A stretch of DNA of 64,000 bases from Flectonema sp. DT1601 (taxonomy: Eukaryota): positions 434,001-498,000 of the forward strand of contig OZ025788.1 in the NCBI GenBank assembly GCA_964019425.1. Direction: 5' to 3'. How positions within the stretch are numbered: the stretch's first letter is position 1; the number at the start of each line of letters is the position of its first letter. The notes under the pieces were generated by a model. That model worked only from the letters and a program-made list of their open reading frames with translations. It did no database searches and was not told where the DNA came from. The position numbers were made by a program, and so were the translations under genes. This document shows positions 33,401 to 48,400 of the stretch, piece by piece.

Positions 33401-36400
33401 AGACAGATGTCATGAGGGAGTTTGTCGTGGTCAGGCAATATCATGTGAGACATTTAAAACAGAATCTCATGGACTCTACTGCACACCTCATATTATACCA
33501 AAGAATGTATTGTGTCCTGATGGTCTATGCAGTACTGAAGTATGTTGCAGGCAATGTGATGACCACTTTGCAACCAGACGATGTGACACAGCAGCGACCA
33601 GAGACGCGAAACTCTACACGGAACACAATGGAAGGTGTGTTAGCACGTATGAAGGAGTTGAACTCTCACACTACGCGAGAATCCTAAAATCGGTTGGTAA
33701 AATAGGACGTGTAATCGAATGTGGAGCTTACTGTGACCTCGATAACTGCACAGCCTACCAGGTTACAACTGATCCATTAGTTGAACGTCCTTGTTTTATA
33801 TTTACTGATGATAATAACAGAGGAGCATCTGATTTACTTATTGAAGAAACACCTGAAATTACACAAGGACATCCTGCTATTCCGAGACTAGTTAGAGTTG
33901 CAGAACAATCTGAGACCTGGACATTCATCAAACCATTCCCCGCTGTTGTATCTCAACAATCAATAACACCTTACTGTAAATCCAGTGGGTGTGATACGTC
34001 AACATGTTGTCCTGTATTGAAGTGTCCGAGTCGCTTATTAGATGTAGTTTGCAACTCTCGTCCTCATTGCTTTTATGATACCATTATGGATCAGTGTAGA
34101 GACCGTCCTCAGTTCTGTCACATAGCTGGAGGTTACGTAGCTTCCCTTACGGAGTGCACTGATAAGATGACGACGTATATTGAAATCGATCAATTCGGTG
34201 TCGCAATAACAACAGCTGGGAATAACATTCAGTTTGAAGGAGAGAATCCTTTTACTCTTCACTGGGATGGAATTCTAATTGATTATGTTGCTCACTTAAC
34301 TGCTTCTCTGGACAGATCTCGATTAGACGGTAACTTAAACTGGTGTAAAGTAACAATCACTAAAGTTACAACACCAGAAACTAAAATTGGATGTTTTAGT
34401 AGAAATTTAACATCACCATCAAAAGCATCAACCGTATCAACATGTCCAGAGGACTACCCGCATGCATTCTTTGGAGGTCATCGGTGTTGTGAAAGTGTTG
34501 TTCCAGTTAATACTTATAATCTCGGAGACTGCTCTGAGAATAATGTAGTCTGCACATCTCCGCCTTGTAGTGATTCGGAAAAATCGGACTACCAGAATTG
34601 TCAGCTGTCGGGATTTGAAACATTTCCAACATGTCTAAAACTTATATCATCAAACTCTGACTTGTGTTGTTCTACAACTTTAGAACATTGTGCTGGCCCG
34701 ATACCAGTTGGAAGTAGAAGAAGCCAACCTATTTATAACATGTGTAAATCAGCCTGTGATAAGCTGGCTACGTGTAGAACTAAATTTGAACAATGCGACT
34801 GGGAAGATAGATTTGCAACTCTCCAGACGTGTGCAGCATTCGTAGAACAGTATCCTGAGAGCTGTTGCAGAATGGATGGAAGCTTATCAAGATGTAAAGG
34901 TGAGATCCCTGATGGTCTATCAGGCGTTGACACAATGTACTCAATATGTCGTCTCGAGTGTAAAAATAAAGGTTACTATTGTCCAACGAAGAGACCAACT
35001 TCTTACAAGATCATTCAAGGAACTAACGCAACAACGGAATATTCTAACCAGCCAAATGAATCACCCTTCGCTACGAGCTTTGACAAGCAAAAAATGCAGC
35101 TGCTCTACACCGTTAACGACTTGGAACTTGCTGGAGTTGAGCCTGGGTCTGAAATAACTAAGTTAGCCTTCAGCATTACTGGAGGAGATGTTTCAATAAC
35201 TGACTACAATGTAAAGGTTGGTTGGACTGCAGTAACAGAAGTACCAGAGGATGACCCAATTGATATTGAGATCATAAATGATAAAACTGTTATTTCATCA
35301 ACAAGTCACAACTTAATTGACAACACATGGACTGACTTACAGTTAATGGGTTTTGGTCTTCAATGGGATGGATCATCAAGTTTAATTATCGAAATCTGTC
35401 GTGACACACCAACAGCATCAGCAATGCATCCTCCAACTGTTCCGGTCTTAATATCAACTACGTTATTTAGATCTGTGTTTTATAACTATCACAACACAGC
35501 TTGTCCTGAAAGCTGTGTCTGGTGTATTAACTCTGGTAACGATGATGCTTCAGGTTCGGGTTACAGAAGACCAGTCTTGAGAATACTGACTCAGAAGGAA
35601 AGATTCTCTCAGTGTAGTTTAATAGGAGAAGGAGGTACTACGAATTGTGCTCAGTATGTTGAACAAGATTCGAGTCGCTGTTGTTCTCGTGACAGAATTC
35701 TAAAGGCTACTCTTGATAGCTGTCTCGGAGAAATCCCGTGGCCAGGTGAATACGACAGTCCTATCTACGCAATATGTCCTGCTGAGTGTGAAGCTGCTCA
35801 GCGGTCATGTAGGTCTTTCTGTAAGTACACTCACCCACGTGCGATTGACTACGGCATGAGATGTGCATCCTACGGAATTATCCCGTCAACCATCCCCTGC
35901 CACTCACCTCCATGTTTGTCGTACAATTGTGACGCAGATAACGATTACAGATGTTTTGATGTCAGTGGTTCTAGTTGTTTTTTGCCTGCGGACCAGTTGC
36001 CGCTACCAGAAAAATACCATCTGTTTACATCAACAAACGTTCTTTCAGAGGTCTGTCGTGTTAACTGTAGTAGCTGTCCAAATGATTGTACCGCTCCTTT
36101 GAATGAATGTCCAGATGGAATAGTTTGTACTGACGACGACTTAACAGTAAATGGTGAATGGAAATGTGGTTGTAGATGTCCTTCAGAAACAATGTTAGAG
36201 TACACCGGTCCAGACTCTTCGAAGGATGTGATCTGTCCTGAGGAACCATCTGAAGTTGCAAGATGCTACCTTCATAAGAGGAGAGGCTGGTGTAACCATC
36301 CACCTATCGATGGGAGATGTGTATCTGTTGACTCAGATTACCTTGATTCGTATGATCATCCATTTTTGAGTGGAGGCAAGTGTGTTTGTGCACACGGACC

Positions 36401-39400
36401 TATTAATATCGGTACTTGTATAGATCCACAAGATGGAGTTGCAGACCTCGACAGAGGATGGTGTCTCAGAGACCCCCCAACTCCGATCCCAACACCAGCA
36501 CCAGAACCTGAACCACTTAAGTATGGAGATCATATTATCGGTTCATACGTTGGTATGGGTCGCTGCACTGATACGAATGGTAACTTTTACAGCAGATTGC
36601 AATTCACTGTCGCCGATGAGAAAGAGTGTCGCACAATTGCTGTTAAAGCGTCTTCTAATTGCGGAGTTCTTGGAATTGAGTATTCGTACCCAAATTGTAG
36701 TGTACTCGCAAAGAATGAGATATCCCCTGAAGAGGGTACTGAAAACAGTACTTGGATCGAAGAAAGGGGAATTGCGGCAACAACAGGTGTGGCTGGTAGT
36801 TCCCTAATCCCAAGCTTAACAGCTGAGGAAAGTTATGAAACAGCCTGTTGGAACTACAAGGAAGGTCCTTGTGGACTGGTTGACAATTGTACTTGTGAGA
36901 AGTACACCATCGAAGGCTCTGATACCATAGAAACACTTGAAGACGTTGATGTTTGTATTATGAGTTCTGATAATATTTGTATGCAGAATGAAAGAAGGTG
37001 TATAAGTTGTGAAGCTAAAGACCCTTTCCTTCCCATTTGTCCTTTATTGGGTAACGACTCACCATTCATTGAGACTCAAGGAGGAGAGATTGAAATACAA
37101 CAATCTGGATACTCTCACGATTATATTATTGTCACTGATCAACCAACGTGTGAGGAAGCTGGTTTTGAAACTATCACTTCTTCTGAGGAATGTAAGCAAG
37201 CTCTCTGTCAAACAAACGGAATTGAGTGGTTGCTGTCAAACTTTAAACCTGCATTCATAATAGGATGTATTGCTGTGTATGATGAGAACACAGTTTTTAA
37301 AGCTGCTCATCTCACTATGAAAGAAGACATTGAAGAGCGTCAGTTAAACTGTATAGAATCATCAAGACGAAACCAAAGATGTTTATGTAAACGTCGGAGG
37401 GGATCAGTTGTAGAAACCGATTTATTATCGTGTGCTGATCTGGAAGTAGATTACAGTGAAGGAGTTTATTTCTTACAAGAATCTGGTTCTTGTGGCTCAG
37501 CTGAGGGATTTCCAGTTTATAAAATAGGTAAACCACCTGACGGAATAAAACGTGTTCCTGCTATTGGTGCCGAAGATATTACTGACCACGATGAATGTAA
37601 GTTTGCTGCTTGTCGACTTCTGTCACTTGGAATTCAGGGAGACCTAACAGACTTTGGTGGATATCCTATTAAACAAAGGTTGATGCCTTATACTGGTTCT
37701 CAAGAATGGACTGGAGGATGTAGTGTTCAAAAAAGTGAGGACAGGGTTTGGTTCACGAGATCAGAATCTGAAACATGCACACCCAAAGCAGGAATTCCAG
37801 CTGAAGGAAACTGCCCGAGAGGTTGTTATTATAATGATTATTCTGAGCAATGTAAAGTTACCAGACAATCTCAGTCAATTTGTACTTCATCGGAACCTTG
37901 CATATGTAGGAAAGTACCAGCAGCAAGAGCAGACTTAGTTATCGGTATCCGAATGAGTATCACAGAGGAGTACGTTAATCAAATGATCAACACTCCGATT
38001 GTCGCATTAACGGGACGAACACAAAGTAAGTCGGGATTTAAAAAGTTAGTACAACTAAGAGATTTATTTAAACAATTCTTCATTGATGATGGTAACATTG
38101 AGAACCCAACAGGTTCAGAGATGAGGATGTCTCGTATTTGTTTCAGAACAGACAGAACTACACCTCTCAGACTTTGCAGATCAGAAGAAGAGATTCGAAA
38201 TGCGCTCGGCTCACAACCAACTGATGCTCCCGATGGCAGTGAACTCGAATCCGACGACGATGGCGGGGGAATGTTTGAAGTTCGATTCTCGATGGATCTC
38301 ACGGATGCGGAGGATGACAAGAAGTTCATGTTGGCCCGCAAGAATCAACTTAACTGGACCAAGTTTGAGAACGAGCAGTTCCAGATGAAAAAGTTGGAAT
38401 ACGTTGAGGTTGTTGAACCGTACGGTCCTGTTGCTGACCCTCTTTGTGTTTTCGAATCTGATGACCCGTGTTACCTATCAGTTGACTTTAGGATTTCAGG
38501 TACTCTAGCTAAATGTGACGCATGTGCGTCTATTCCATGTACTTCAGATTATGATATTAGGTACTCTTCAAGTGGTGAAAGAATTGAACCACTTTGTGAT
38601 GAAAGAGAAGTAGAATTGATGGCATTCGAAGAGACCACACTAACGTTTGGGTCCCTCGCTACTACGGCCAGAGGGTTCCCAGATCAAAAAGGACCAACAA
38701 CAATTCTAATTAGTAAATCAACAATAGCAGGAAACGTCAGAATGGGTGTAAGAATCGGAAAAAATCCGAACATGGACGTGAACGCAGCTGCATCAGAAAC
38801 ACATTTCAGATCAGCTCTTGATGCTGAAGGTGACGATGTTGCGATATTAAAGGCTTGTGGACCATTTGCTATTGGTCTTGTTGGAAGTGGTCTTTTTGAA
38901 AGAAACTCTGTAAAGATGAGAGTCTGCTATCCAAGAGCTCCATGTCCACACGCATGTTCTGGAGAAGCTGCAGATGGGAGTAGTTATGGAAGCTGCGTGT
39001 TAACAGATCCCTGGGTGCAAAAAATTGAAGGAACTTTTGTTCCGTCTGTGAAGTGCCAATGTAATGAAGGATTTGGTAAGATGGTTGACGGTCTCCTTGA
39101 CTGCCGTAAGTGTGCTATTGGTAGATTTCCTCAACCAGGTGATGGTGAGAATCCTTGTACTAAAATGTGTACCATTAACTCTGGTGGTATTCCTCATGGA
39201 TACCTTGAAGGTGAAGCAGATCATTGCACATGTCACGGAGGATGGCTTGGGGACGATTGTTCCATTTGTCAGACACGCGGTGCTTCTCGTTATGGAAAGT
39301 TCTGTAATGAAACGAGAACTGGATTGCAATACGGATTTAATAGAACTCTTATTATTGACCATGCTTTCACATTAACAACTCCTCCATGGAAGGTATCTGG

Positions 39401-42400
39401 ACCTGAATTCGCAATCATCAGATTAAACAGTTCTGAATACATCTCTGAAGTGACTCTGACTACTAGGGATTCTTTGTCACAGAATGCTCAACGGACTTTT
39501 CAAAAGAATGACTTTAAAACGTCCCCTGGAGTAATCGACTCAATGTATTATGGATACGCTCCATCCCCAACTCCCCGTGGTTGTGTAGAGATGACTAGAG
39601 GAACTGTTTATCTTCATGTTTTGATTGAATCGAGTGTAAAAGTTTATTCAGTATCTGGAGGTAAGTTCACGTTGCAATGCACTAATACGATTGCTATTTA
39701 CTATGAAAATATGAAGATTTCAAACTGCCGTGGACCTCGTGCATTTGGAGATGACTACTTCACTGGAATCGAAACAGCAACTTTTTATCTTGACCCATCA
39801 GGTGGTGGCAGAGACTGGTTGATATTCACAAAGAGAAACAAAGTTTGCGCAGCTGTGGGAACATCAAACGGTGACATGACATTCAGAACCGATGCCGATG
39901 CGAAGAGTAGAGATTTGTTTAATTTATTTGACCTCCCTTCTATACCAGTAACAAACACCGATTCAGTATCTTCAATTACTGAGAGGTACAACATATTCCA
40001 TCCATCATATGACAGAAATGAAGATTGCACTAAAGATAATGGAATCTTAGCAAATCATATTTGTGTCAAACCTCAAGATGACTACACATGGGATGACATT
40101 GATATAATAGGTGATGATGTCAAGTTCTTTAAGTATGGTGAGAAAGGAGAAGTTAGAGTATTTAAATACTTGTCAGATCATTGTTGTGATAGCGAGAAGC
40201 GAGTTTGTGAATGCGGTTCTCGAATTCTTGATCGGCTTGATTCTGACAGACCAGCTGATTACACATATCCGGCAACAACAAAAAGACCAAGGGACTTTAA
40301 GGTTTTGTATATTAACAAGGATGTTGAGACTGATCCTGTTTCGTTTAATTTCACTGCTGCTGGAAAGCTTCGGGCTGTGGCTTCGGCATCGCAGTTTGCT
40401 AACTTAAGTGACGACTACCCAACATTGTATGCATCTGAGTATGTTGTTATTATTAATGATGAAGGAGATGAAAAAGTGATTGCGAATGTTCTTCCTGGGC
40501 TTCAATACCCAGCAGCGATATCAGTGAAGAGCGCTTTCTCAGACACAATAAAGTCAGTTGCTACATCGGATTCAAGTGTGTTGAAATACAACGTAAAAGT
40601 TACTGATGTTACAGGAAAGGCACTTGAGTTAAGCAATGATGCGATATCTGTTACTCTGAAAAGGTGTTCTGCTCCTCTTTCTGGTGATCAACGAAACGCT
40701 TTGGATGAATTACAAGGTGCCATTACAAATGATTCTAAAATACGGAATTTCTTATTAGATGAAAACGATTGTGTTGATACTCAAGATCAATGGATTAGTG
40801 GTCGACTTGATGGAACAGACTTAACTGATCGTACAACAGTCATTCGTATTTCTGACATTGCGATCAGTCATCAAGGTTGGTACAGACTGGTATTCACACA
40901 CGTCAAGTCTGGTCTTAGTGCTGTGTCGTCACATGTTAATATCATAACAGAAACGTGTCCAGCCGACAGTACCGATGCTGATCCTTTCGCAGAATGTATT
41001 CAACATTGCGTGATTGAAGAGAACAAACTGGCTGCTTTGTGTAATATCAGTATTGGTAGTAACAAGGAATTCCTATCTATGCATGTGAAGGCTATTTCTC
41101 ACGCAAGAATTGAATTTGATATCGAAAAGATTGTACAGCCATGTTGTCATGGTAAGGGTCTTTGCTGTGCAGGTAACGACTCATGTTCATCTCACACTGA
41201 GAAGGTATTCAATACTGCCGATGCTGTAAGTAATGAGAAGTGTGACTGTCATGAGTCTTTTGAGTTTGGATTTTACGATCAACGTGTTCACAGCAACTGT
41301 TCAAGTTGTAAGGCCGGATTCACTGGTGATAAATGTACTAGTGATACTTCTCTGCCATTTGTAAAACCGGAAATCCCTGAATTTAAGCTTCTTGCTGGAG
41401 AGCAAAAGTTCTTCGTCTTCAGTGTCCAAGGAGAAACATCTTTCAATATGGATATTGAAACTCTGAATCATTTAAAAGGAGGAGACGCTGACTTAACAGT
41501 TACCTTCTTAGAGTGCCCTGGACAGGACTTGTCGGGTGTCATTGATAGAAATGTTGTGTCGGTACCTTGCAACGGTCGAGGTGTTTGCAGCTTCGAAACC
41601 AGCGGAATAACAAAATGCCATTGCAATCCGGAATTCCAAGGTATTGCTTGTGAGAAACAGTGTTGTGGAGGAAGAGGTATTTGTGAGGATGTCGTAGACT
41701 TCGTATCTCAAACTACTACCCGTGATTGTACTCACTGCTACTCTAGTCCAAACAAAGGGTATTGGGCAAACAGTGACTCTTTCTGTGATGGGACTGATTG
41801 TGAACGTGGAGGTTCAATATCTTACCCGACAGCTAACTGTGTTGTTAAAGATACTACAGGTTACTCCGAGTGTAGCAGTAAAGAACTAGTCTATCAACGA
41901 TTTGTAAATTGGAGAGGTCTTACCACTCCGGGTGATATTGAATTCGCAGGTCTTCGACTTAACAACATCGACGGGGATTATCTCTCAAAACGTTTTGTTA
42001 TTTATGCGACTGTCGCACCAACTGATGGGAGACATGCACCACCTCAATCACCACCTGAAGAAGCTCAACTATGTGGGGTAATATATCCTTCTCAAAGTGT
42101 ATCTTGTACAGATAATAGTGTTTGGGACTCAAGTATTCGACAATGCAAGTGTGACTCTGCTTACACATGTATGAGAGGTTTTTGTAGTCAAACAATTTCA
42201 TCATCGGGTGTAACACAAGCATGTGGAGTACCTCCAGGAAGTAATGGATGCGATCAGAGTCTTGGTTTATTTAGTTCTGACGGATTGTGTTCGTGTGTAC
42301 TTGTTCAAAGTGATGGTGATCAGGTAATTCACCGTGTTTGTGAATCTGGGATGTGTTTACAAACGTCGTTACCAGTGTCGTCCTTATGGACAGCTAATGG

Positions 42401-45400
42401 TGCTATAGAGAATGGAACTGACGCTGATTTAAAACTACGATGGACTACAAACTACCCTGAAAGCAGATACTTTGAAGTAGTTGGTGTCTCTGAGACAAGA
42501 TCTAATCTTGGCGGTGGGACGCTTTTAATTGACATCACTCGTTGGATGCAAACTCATGTATCGTTCAGCAGTCATGAAACATTCGATTTATCATTTGTGA
42601 TTACTGCTGAAGGAGATGATGAAGCCACAACCATTCCGGCATTCTCTGAAACAGAATTAGTCTTAAAGAAGAAAAAGGCTTTCATGGACAGATTGTTTTA
42701 TTCTTCTGAAAACAGTCTCGGATCAAGTATGCAGAATGGACATCCATTCTACTCAATGAAGGTCGCATCAGATATTACAAACCCGAATAAACCATCAGTA
42801 CTCGATATGTTTCAATACAACCATGACGACACAGCAAGAGAAGGCAAGTGTGAGACTCCTACTGGTGATGAATGTGATTGTGATCCCAGAGCTTTTTACC
42901 AAGATCCGGTTGACTACATTCAGATTGATAATGTTATGTACTTCTTAGCAGTTACTGATTGGGAATCTCAAGAGTATAAGTCAGCTCCATGTCAGTCTCT
43001 TTGGGGAAATGACGCAGTGTTTCAGGGAGCGAGAGAATTATTTTACTCAACCGGTGCTCCTGACTTGGAACGTAAGCATACCAGATCACCAAAGAAGTTC
43101 CATCTCGGAACATCGGAATTCCCTGACCTTGAACAACAAGAACAAGCAACTCTTAGAGATAAGTTAATAGGAATGAGAGTCTTCACAAGAGCAAAAGATC
43201 TTGTTTCATTTAAAGGATACGATTCAGACTTTCATGACAGAAGATTAGTATTCTCTGGAGTTTCTGGTGGTGGTATCTCTCCAACTACAGCGACAAATAC
43301 TAGTGAGCAACAAACAATTCTTTCATTATTAACACCACAGATATGGACAATCTCATTAACAAAAGATGCTAAACCTGTATCAGTACCAGAACTATTAGTT
43401 ACTAATGTTATCTTTCCAAGCTACATGACTGAGATCGAAATCAACGGTGAGAATTACTTGTTCATGTTGGGTGAGGAAAGACGTCTCCATTATGGGAACT
43501 CTCAATTCGCACCAGCTCAAGTTGGATACGGTGGTTCAAAACCAACAACCAGATACCTAATTGCGACTCGTATTAGTGTTTGGGCTTATAAGGGATCAAA
43601 CAGGGACGGCATTGCTATTAACATAGTTCCAGTAAATGGAACAAAAATAGTTCCGAGTCAATGTGAACATATTCAAGGTAACCCTGGGTTCACAAAGTTC
43701 CAAAACACAATAATATTTTACTATAACGACGGGACTGGAATGAGACTTTGGGAATGGACTGGAGGTTCAACTGAGGCATCATCTCTGAGACTGAGAAATG
43801 ACGTTGGAGAGTTGTCAGCTGTAATACCTCCTTTGCAAAAAGGTTACTTTACTCCAATTGTATTTAAAAAATACATATTTCTGTCACTATCTACTGAGTC
43901 ACAAACTGAAACTCCATCAGCTACATGTAAACAACCACTCTGTCCTAATCAGGTTCATACTTATCAAAGATCATTTCAATGTATTGAAAACAGAGGAAAC
44001 GTTTCAATTTACAAATGGGAAGGAGGCACTAAGTCAGCCAAACTATTAGTACCTTCTCACGAAGAGATGGGTTGGGTTGATCCAAAGTGGACTGTTGTAA
44101 ATGATGACAACACTGGAATGTTTTATGTTCTTCACAAGGGTGGCATGACTGATATTGGAGCTCACTTGCGGAACTCTGATCCAGTAACTGGAGAGAAGGT
44201 TCCATTCCCCCAGTTCGAATCTAGAGAAGAAGAGGTACTGGTATACTTTAGCTTCTCTGAATCTGATTCTGAATCTGAATCTGAATCTGGAACTTGGGAT
44301 GTCGTTCAACCTCAAGGAATGATTCAGTGGGGACGTGACATGGTCTATTGGGGTTACGATATTGCTGAAGTAGAGTCTGGTATCTTAGGTGAAAACGACT
44401 GCTACCCACCGGGAAGACTTCAGGAAATACAATCAACCGACGTGGGCAGTAATGGAACATTTGAAGTATTTAAAGCAATGTCTGGTATCAATATACCATC
44501 ATACCAAGGGTGTAGGAGAATCATGTTTAGGATATCAGCTGATGGTTCTGGCAGTCCAGTGACTATGGTCTATGGATCTGAGTCAGACGGTCTTGGGGTA
44601 CCTAACAAACAATGTTGTAGAGAGCAGTACTCCGTGCCACAGGAATTCAGAAAGGCTCGCTGGCCATCAGGTGTTTCAATGAAAGGGTTAGCTGGTGGTA
44701 TCTGTTCATTGGGAGATGACGATTGCATCATTGACTCTAGCAAGATTGTGAGCACTCCGAGGGGTTGTTTGAAATGTGAATTACAACAAACCGGGTATTT
44801 TCCTGACCGGAGATCTATCGATTCAGATTCAACAGTAAATTCATTCATTTACCCAACACTGACTGGACCAATCTCAAGAGAATACTCATTATTATCAACT
44901 TGGTCTCAACCAAGTAATGGATGGTGGTTCACTGGATTCCATTCTATTTGGACTGATCAGCGTTCTGCTTATGCTTCTGGAGATGCTACCAACTCGGATG
45001 GAATGTCAACAGGTGCGAATATCTCACCATCACAGTTATACCAACCAGGTTCATTCGGATCCCGTGAGTCATGGCCTCGTACTATGGCCGTTTGGAAAAC
45101 AAAACCAGCTCCAGCTGGAGAACTTTGTGAAGAATGTGCTGAGTACTACTACGGTCAGAAGTGTACTCTTCAATGTCCTATTGCTGAACAATCATCTTGT
45201 AATGAAATAATAGACAGGACAACATGTATGACATATGACTGTAAATGGGATCAAACAACTGAGGAGTGTAAAAACGTTCCTTGTAGTGGTTTCCCTTGCG
45301 ATGATGGTATCTTTGGAACTGGACAGTGTAGATGTGGAAGTAGAAGGGCAGGTATTGCCTGTGAGTACACCAACACAGCAACAATAACACAATTCCCAGT

Positions 45401-48400
45401 TGTAGAGGATACAATAGTTTCTCTATCAGGATTAGGATGTGTTCGTGAATGTGGTGTTCCTTCACAAAATGACTGCACCGCCGTCGTTAAAGGATGTAGA
45501 GAAGCAGGTAAGAAGGTACCATGTTGTGGTCGTTCATCATCACCTTACTCAATTACTGAGAATCGTATCGCTATCTTCAAATGGAAGATTCCAACATCAA
45601 GACTACCTTCAAATATTGGTACTGTTGATAATATCGTACTTCACTTGTTTGAAGAGGAAAGTTTAAAATGTGATGAACCTGCTACTATTGGTGTTTACTT
45701 TGTAGACTCTGCCGCTACAGATACTATTGAGGGTAGCTTCTCTGCTACCGATGGTAAAACTCTTATGGACAACGCAATGTTAGTTGGTGAGTACGAGACA
45801 GCAGCAACTGTTGGAGGTAGAAGAGCAACGATCCCCATAATGAAATACTTTCTGAATTCAGGTTTAAATATTGATAATATAACATCTTCTAATGGAATCG
45901 TCATCGCTCTCAAACTAATGTCTCCGAGCAACTGCAGACCTCTTTACAGACCTCGCGAGTACTCCGATAGTTGGGCTGCTGACTGCGCGGCTAGCGGCTG
46001 CAATGTGTTTAGAGCAGCTGATGCCGATCACGTCGCAGAAGTTATTGTTAATTCGTTGCAAACTCCTTTCATGGAAATCAGGTCTGGAGAGTTGACACTC
46101 GGCAACATCTACATTTCAACAAGAGACGACGTTACGGAAGGCTCGAGAGGCATCGGTTCCTTAGCAAATGAAGCGATAGATGAAGAGAAAATAACAACTC
46201 ACTTATTCGAGCCTAACGGACGTCCACTAATAGGACACAGATCAGAACAGCATTATGTGTCAAATATTATTCTTGATCCATTCGCTTCTAAGGATATTCA
46301 AAACCTAGCTGCTTGTACTCAAGTAGGTGATCAACGTAATGAGGGTTGTTCTATTATGGTTCCTTTAAATAGTGCTATTGCTGTTGTTCGTGTTCTTGGG
46401 TTCAGGGAATCAACCATAAAACTATCTCCAAAATTCGTTGAGCAAGGAATGTTTACAGACGCCTCCCAGTTGGGTGAATGTATTAGAAATCCAGATCTAG
46501 GACATTGGGAAGGTCTATTCTGTTCAGGTTGTCATTTCCAGTTCGACAACTCAGAGCGCAGCAAGTGTACCAACTACAAAATGAAGAATTGCACAGATGA
46601 CGATTGTAATGGAGGAAAATGTGTTGATAATCCGGAGACTGGAAATCTGTTTCAAAAATGTGAGTGTGCGAATGCTACCTCTGTAGGATCACAATGTGAG
46701 AAGACGTGTGTTTGTGATCATGGTGAATGTGACGCATCTGGAAGATGTATCTGCTATGCTTCATATGATAAAGGATTTTGGGTTGGAAAGAATTGTAGCA
46801 GATGTTTTAACGGTCGATGGGGAAGCACTTGCGAGCTTGACTGTCAATGTCAACATGGTCAATGTGGGGAGAACAGTTCTTGCATCCCAGGCTCTTGTAG
46901 TAATGACGCCACTGATGGTTTCTGGATGTCAGAAAACTGTGATTATTGCCTCGACGGATACTACGGTGATCGCTGCCAGCACTCTTGTGCTGACCACTGT
47001 GAAGCAACCTACAATGGAATCTGTTCAAATGAAAGATGTATTTGTGGTAATGGTACTCTAAGCGACTACGCAGGGATTTGTGTTCCGTGTAATGAGGAAA
47101 CTGACTGCAATGGTAAAGGAACTTGCGTTGCGGAAGAGAACAAACTGTGCTCATGCTTCACAGATGATACAAACGGACATTGGGATTTCAAAATGAACTG
47201 CAGCTCTTGTCTAGCAACACATTGGGGACCGCAGTGTACTTCAGCGTGTGAATGCAGCCGTGGAACTTGTGATGAACGAGGTGTCTGTACCTGTATTGAA
47301 GGTTGGACGGGATCATTCTGTTCGGAGTGTGCTGAGGGCTACATCGGTAAGAACTGTGAGAGTATAAATGCATTGAGCGTTAGAAAGGTAAGGATATCAC
47401 TCCCAGACACCTACGAGGTGAAGGGCGAAGGACTAACAAGAAAACAAGGCATTTCATCAGGTGCTATGCTTTGGTCACACACAGGTAGATTCCATTCTGC
47501 TAAAAATGAAAAGCGTAAAGACGCAGAACCTGGAGACACAGAACTACTAATCACATCAACGGGTGTCAGAGGAGCTTCAAACATGTTGAGTGTCAGTGTT
47601 CATTCAAAACCTTACAGTTCATCAGTTCAGTGGCATAGAGGAACTCATAATATATTCTCTGTACATGCTCGTACTGCGTCTGGTGGTATCTTTGGTCAAG
47701 AAGTAGTTGGAATAAGTCAAACAGATGATTACATTATATTCATAGTTGATGGTCCTAATCCATACGTTGCTAGAATGTTAGCATCTGTCAGTATGCATAT
47801 GCATCCTGATGAAGGGTTCCCGGACATAAACTTTGATGAATCAAAGCGTTGTGCTGATCAAGTTGGTGTTGGTAGAGTTAGTTATGGATGTCCCGCAGGA
47901 ACAGAAGTTGTAATTTATAGTTCAGATGACAATTCTGAGAGAGGTATTGTTGTCAGCAAAAGTACAACATATAGTGAATTCTCGTGTGTGAAACTACTTA
48001 TTGATAGGCAATGCGACACACAAGAATCTATCAGCACAAAATGTTCCATTTGTCCTTCAGGACAGATTGGAATCAAACATAGTTACATGTCCCCTCGTAA
48101 AAACGTTCAGAAATGGAGAGAATTCTTAGAACCAAACGACCCACGTCCGTTATCAATTGAGACGTGGTCATTCTCTGAAAATAAGCAATTAATAACATCA
48201 CTCTTACTAGTCAGTAACAGGAGTATTAATTCAATAACCCCATACGCCTACTACATCAGACAGATTATCATTGGAGAACCAGACAGTAACTTCGGAAGCT
48301 TATCCTTGAACACTAATCACTATGAGTTAAATACATTTGATCCAAGAGTTAAATTCAATGCTTGGTCTGATGTCCATGCTGTGCATGTTCATGAGGATTC

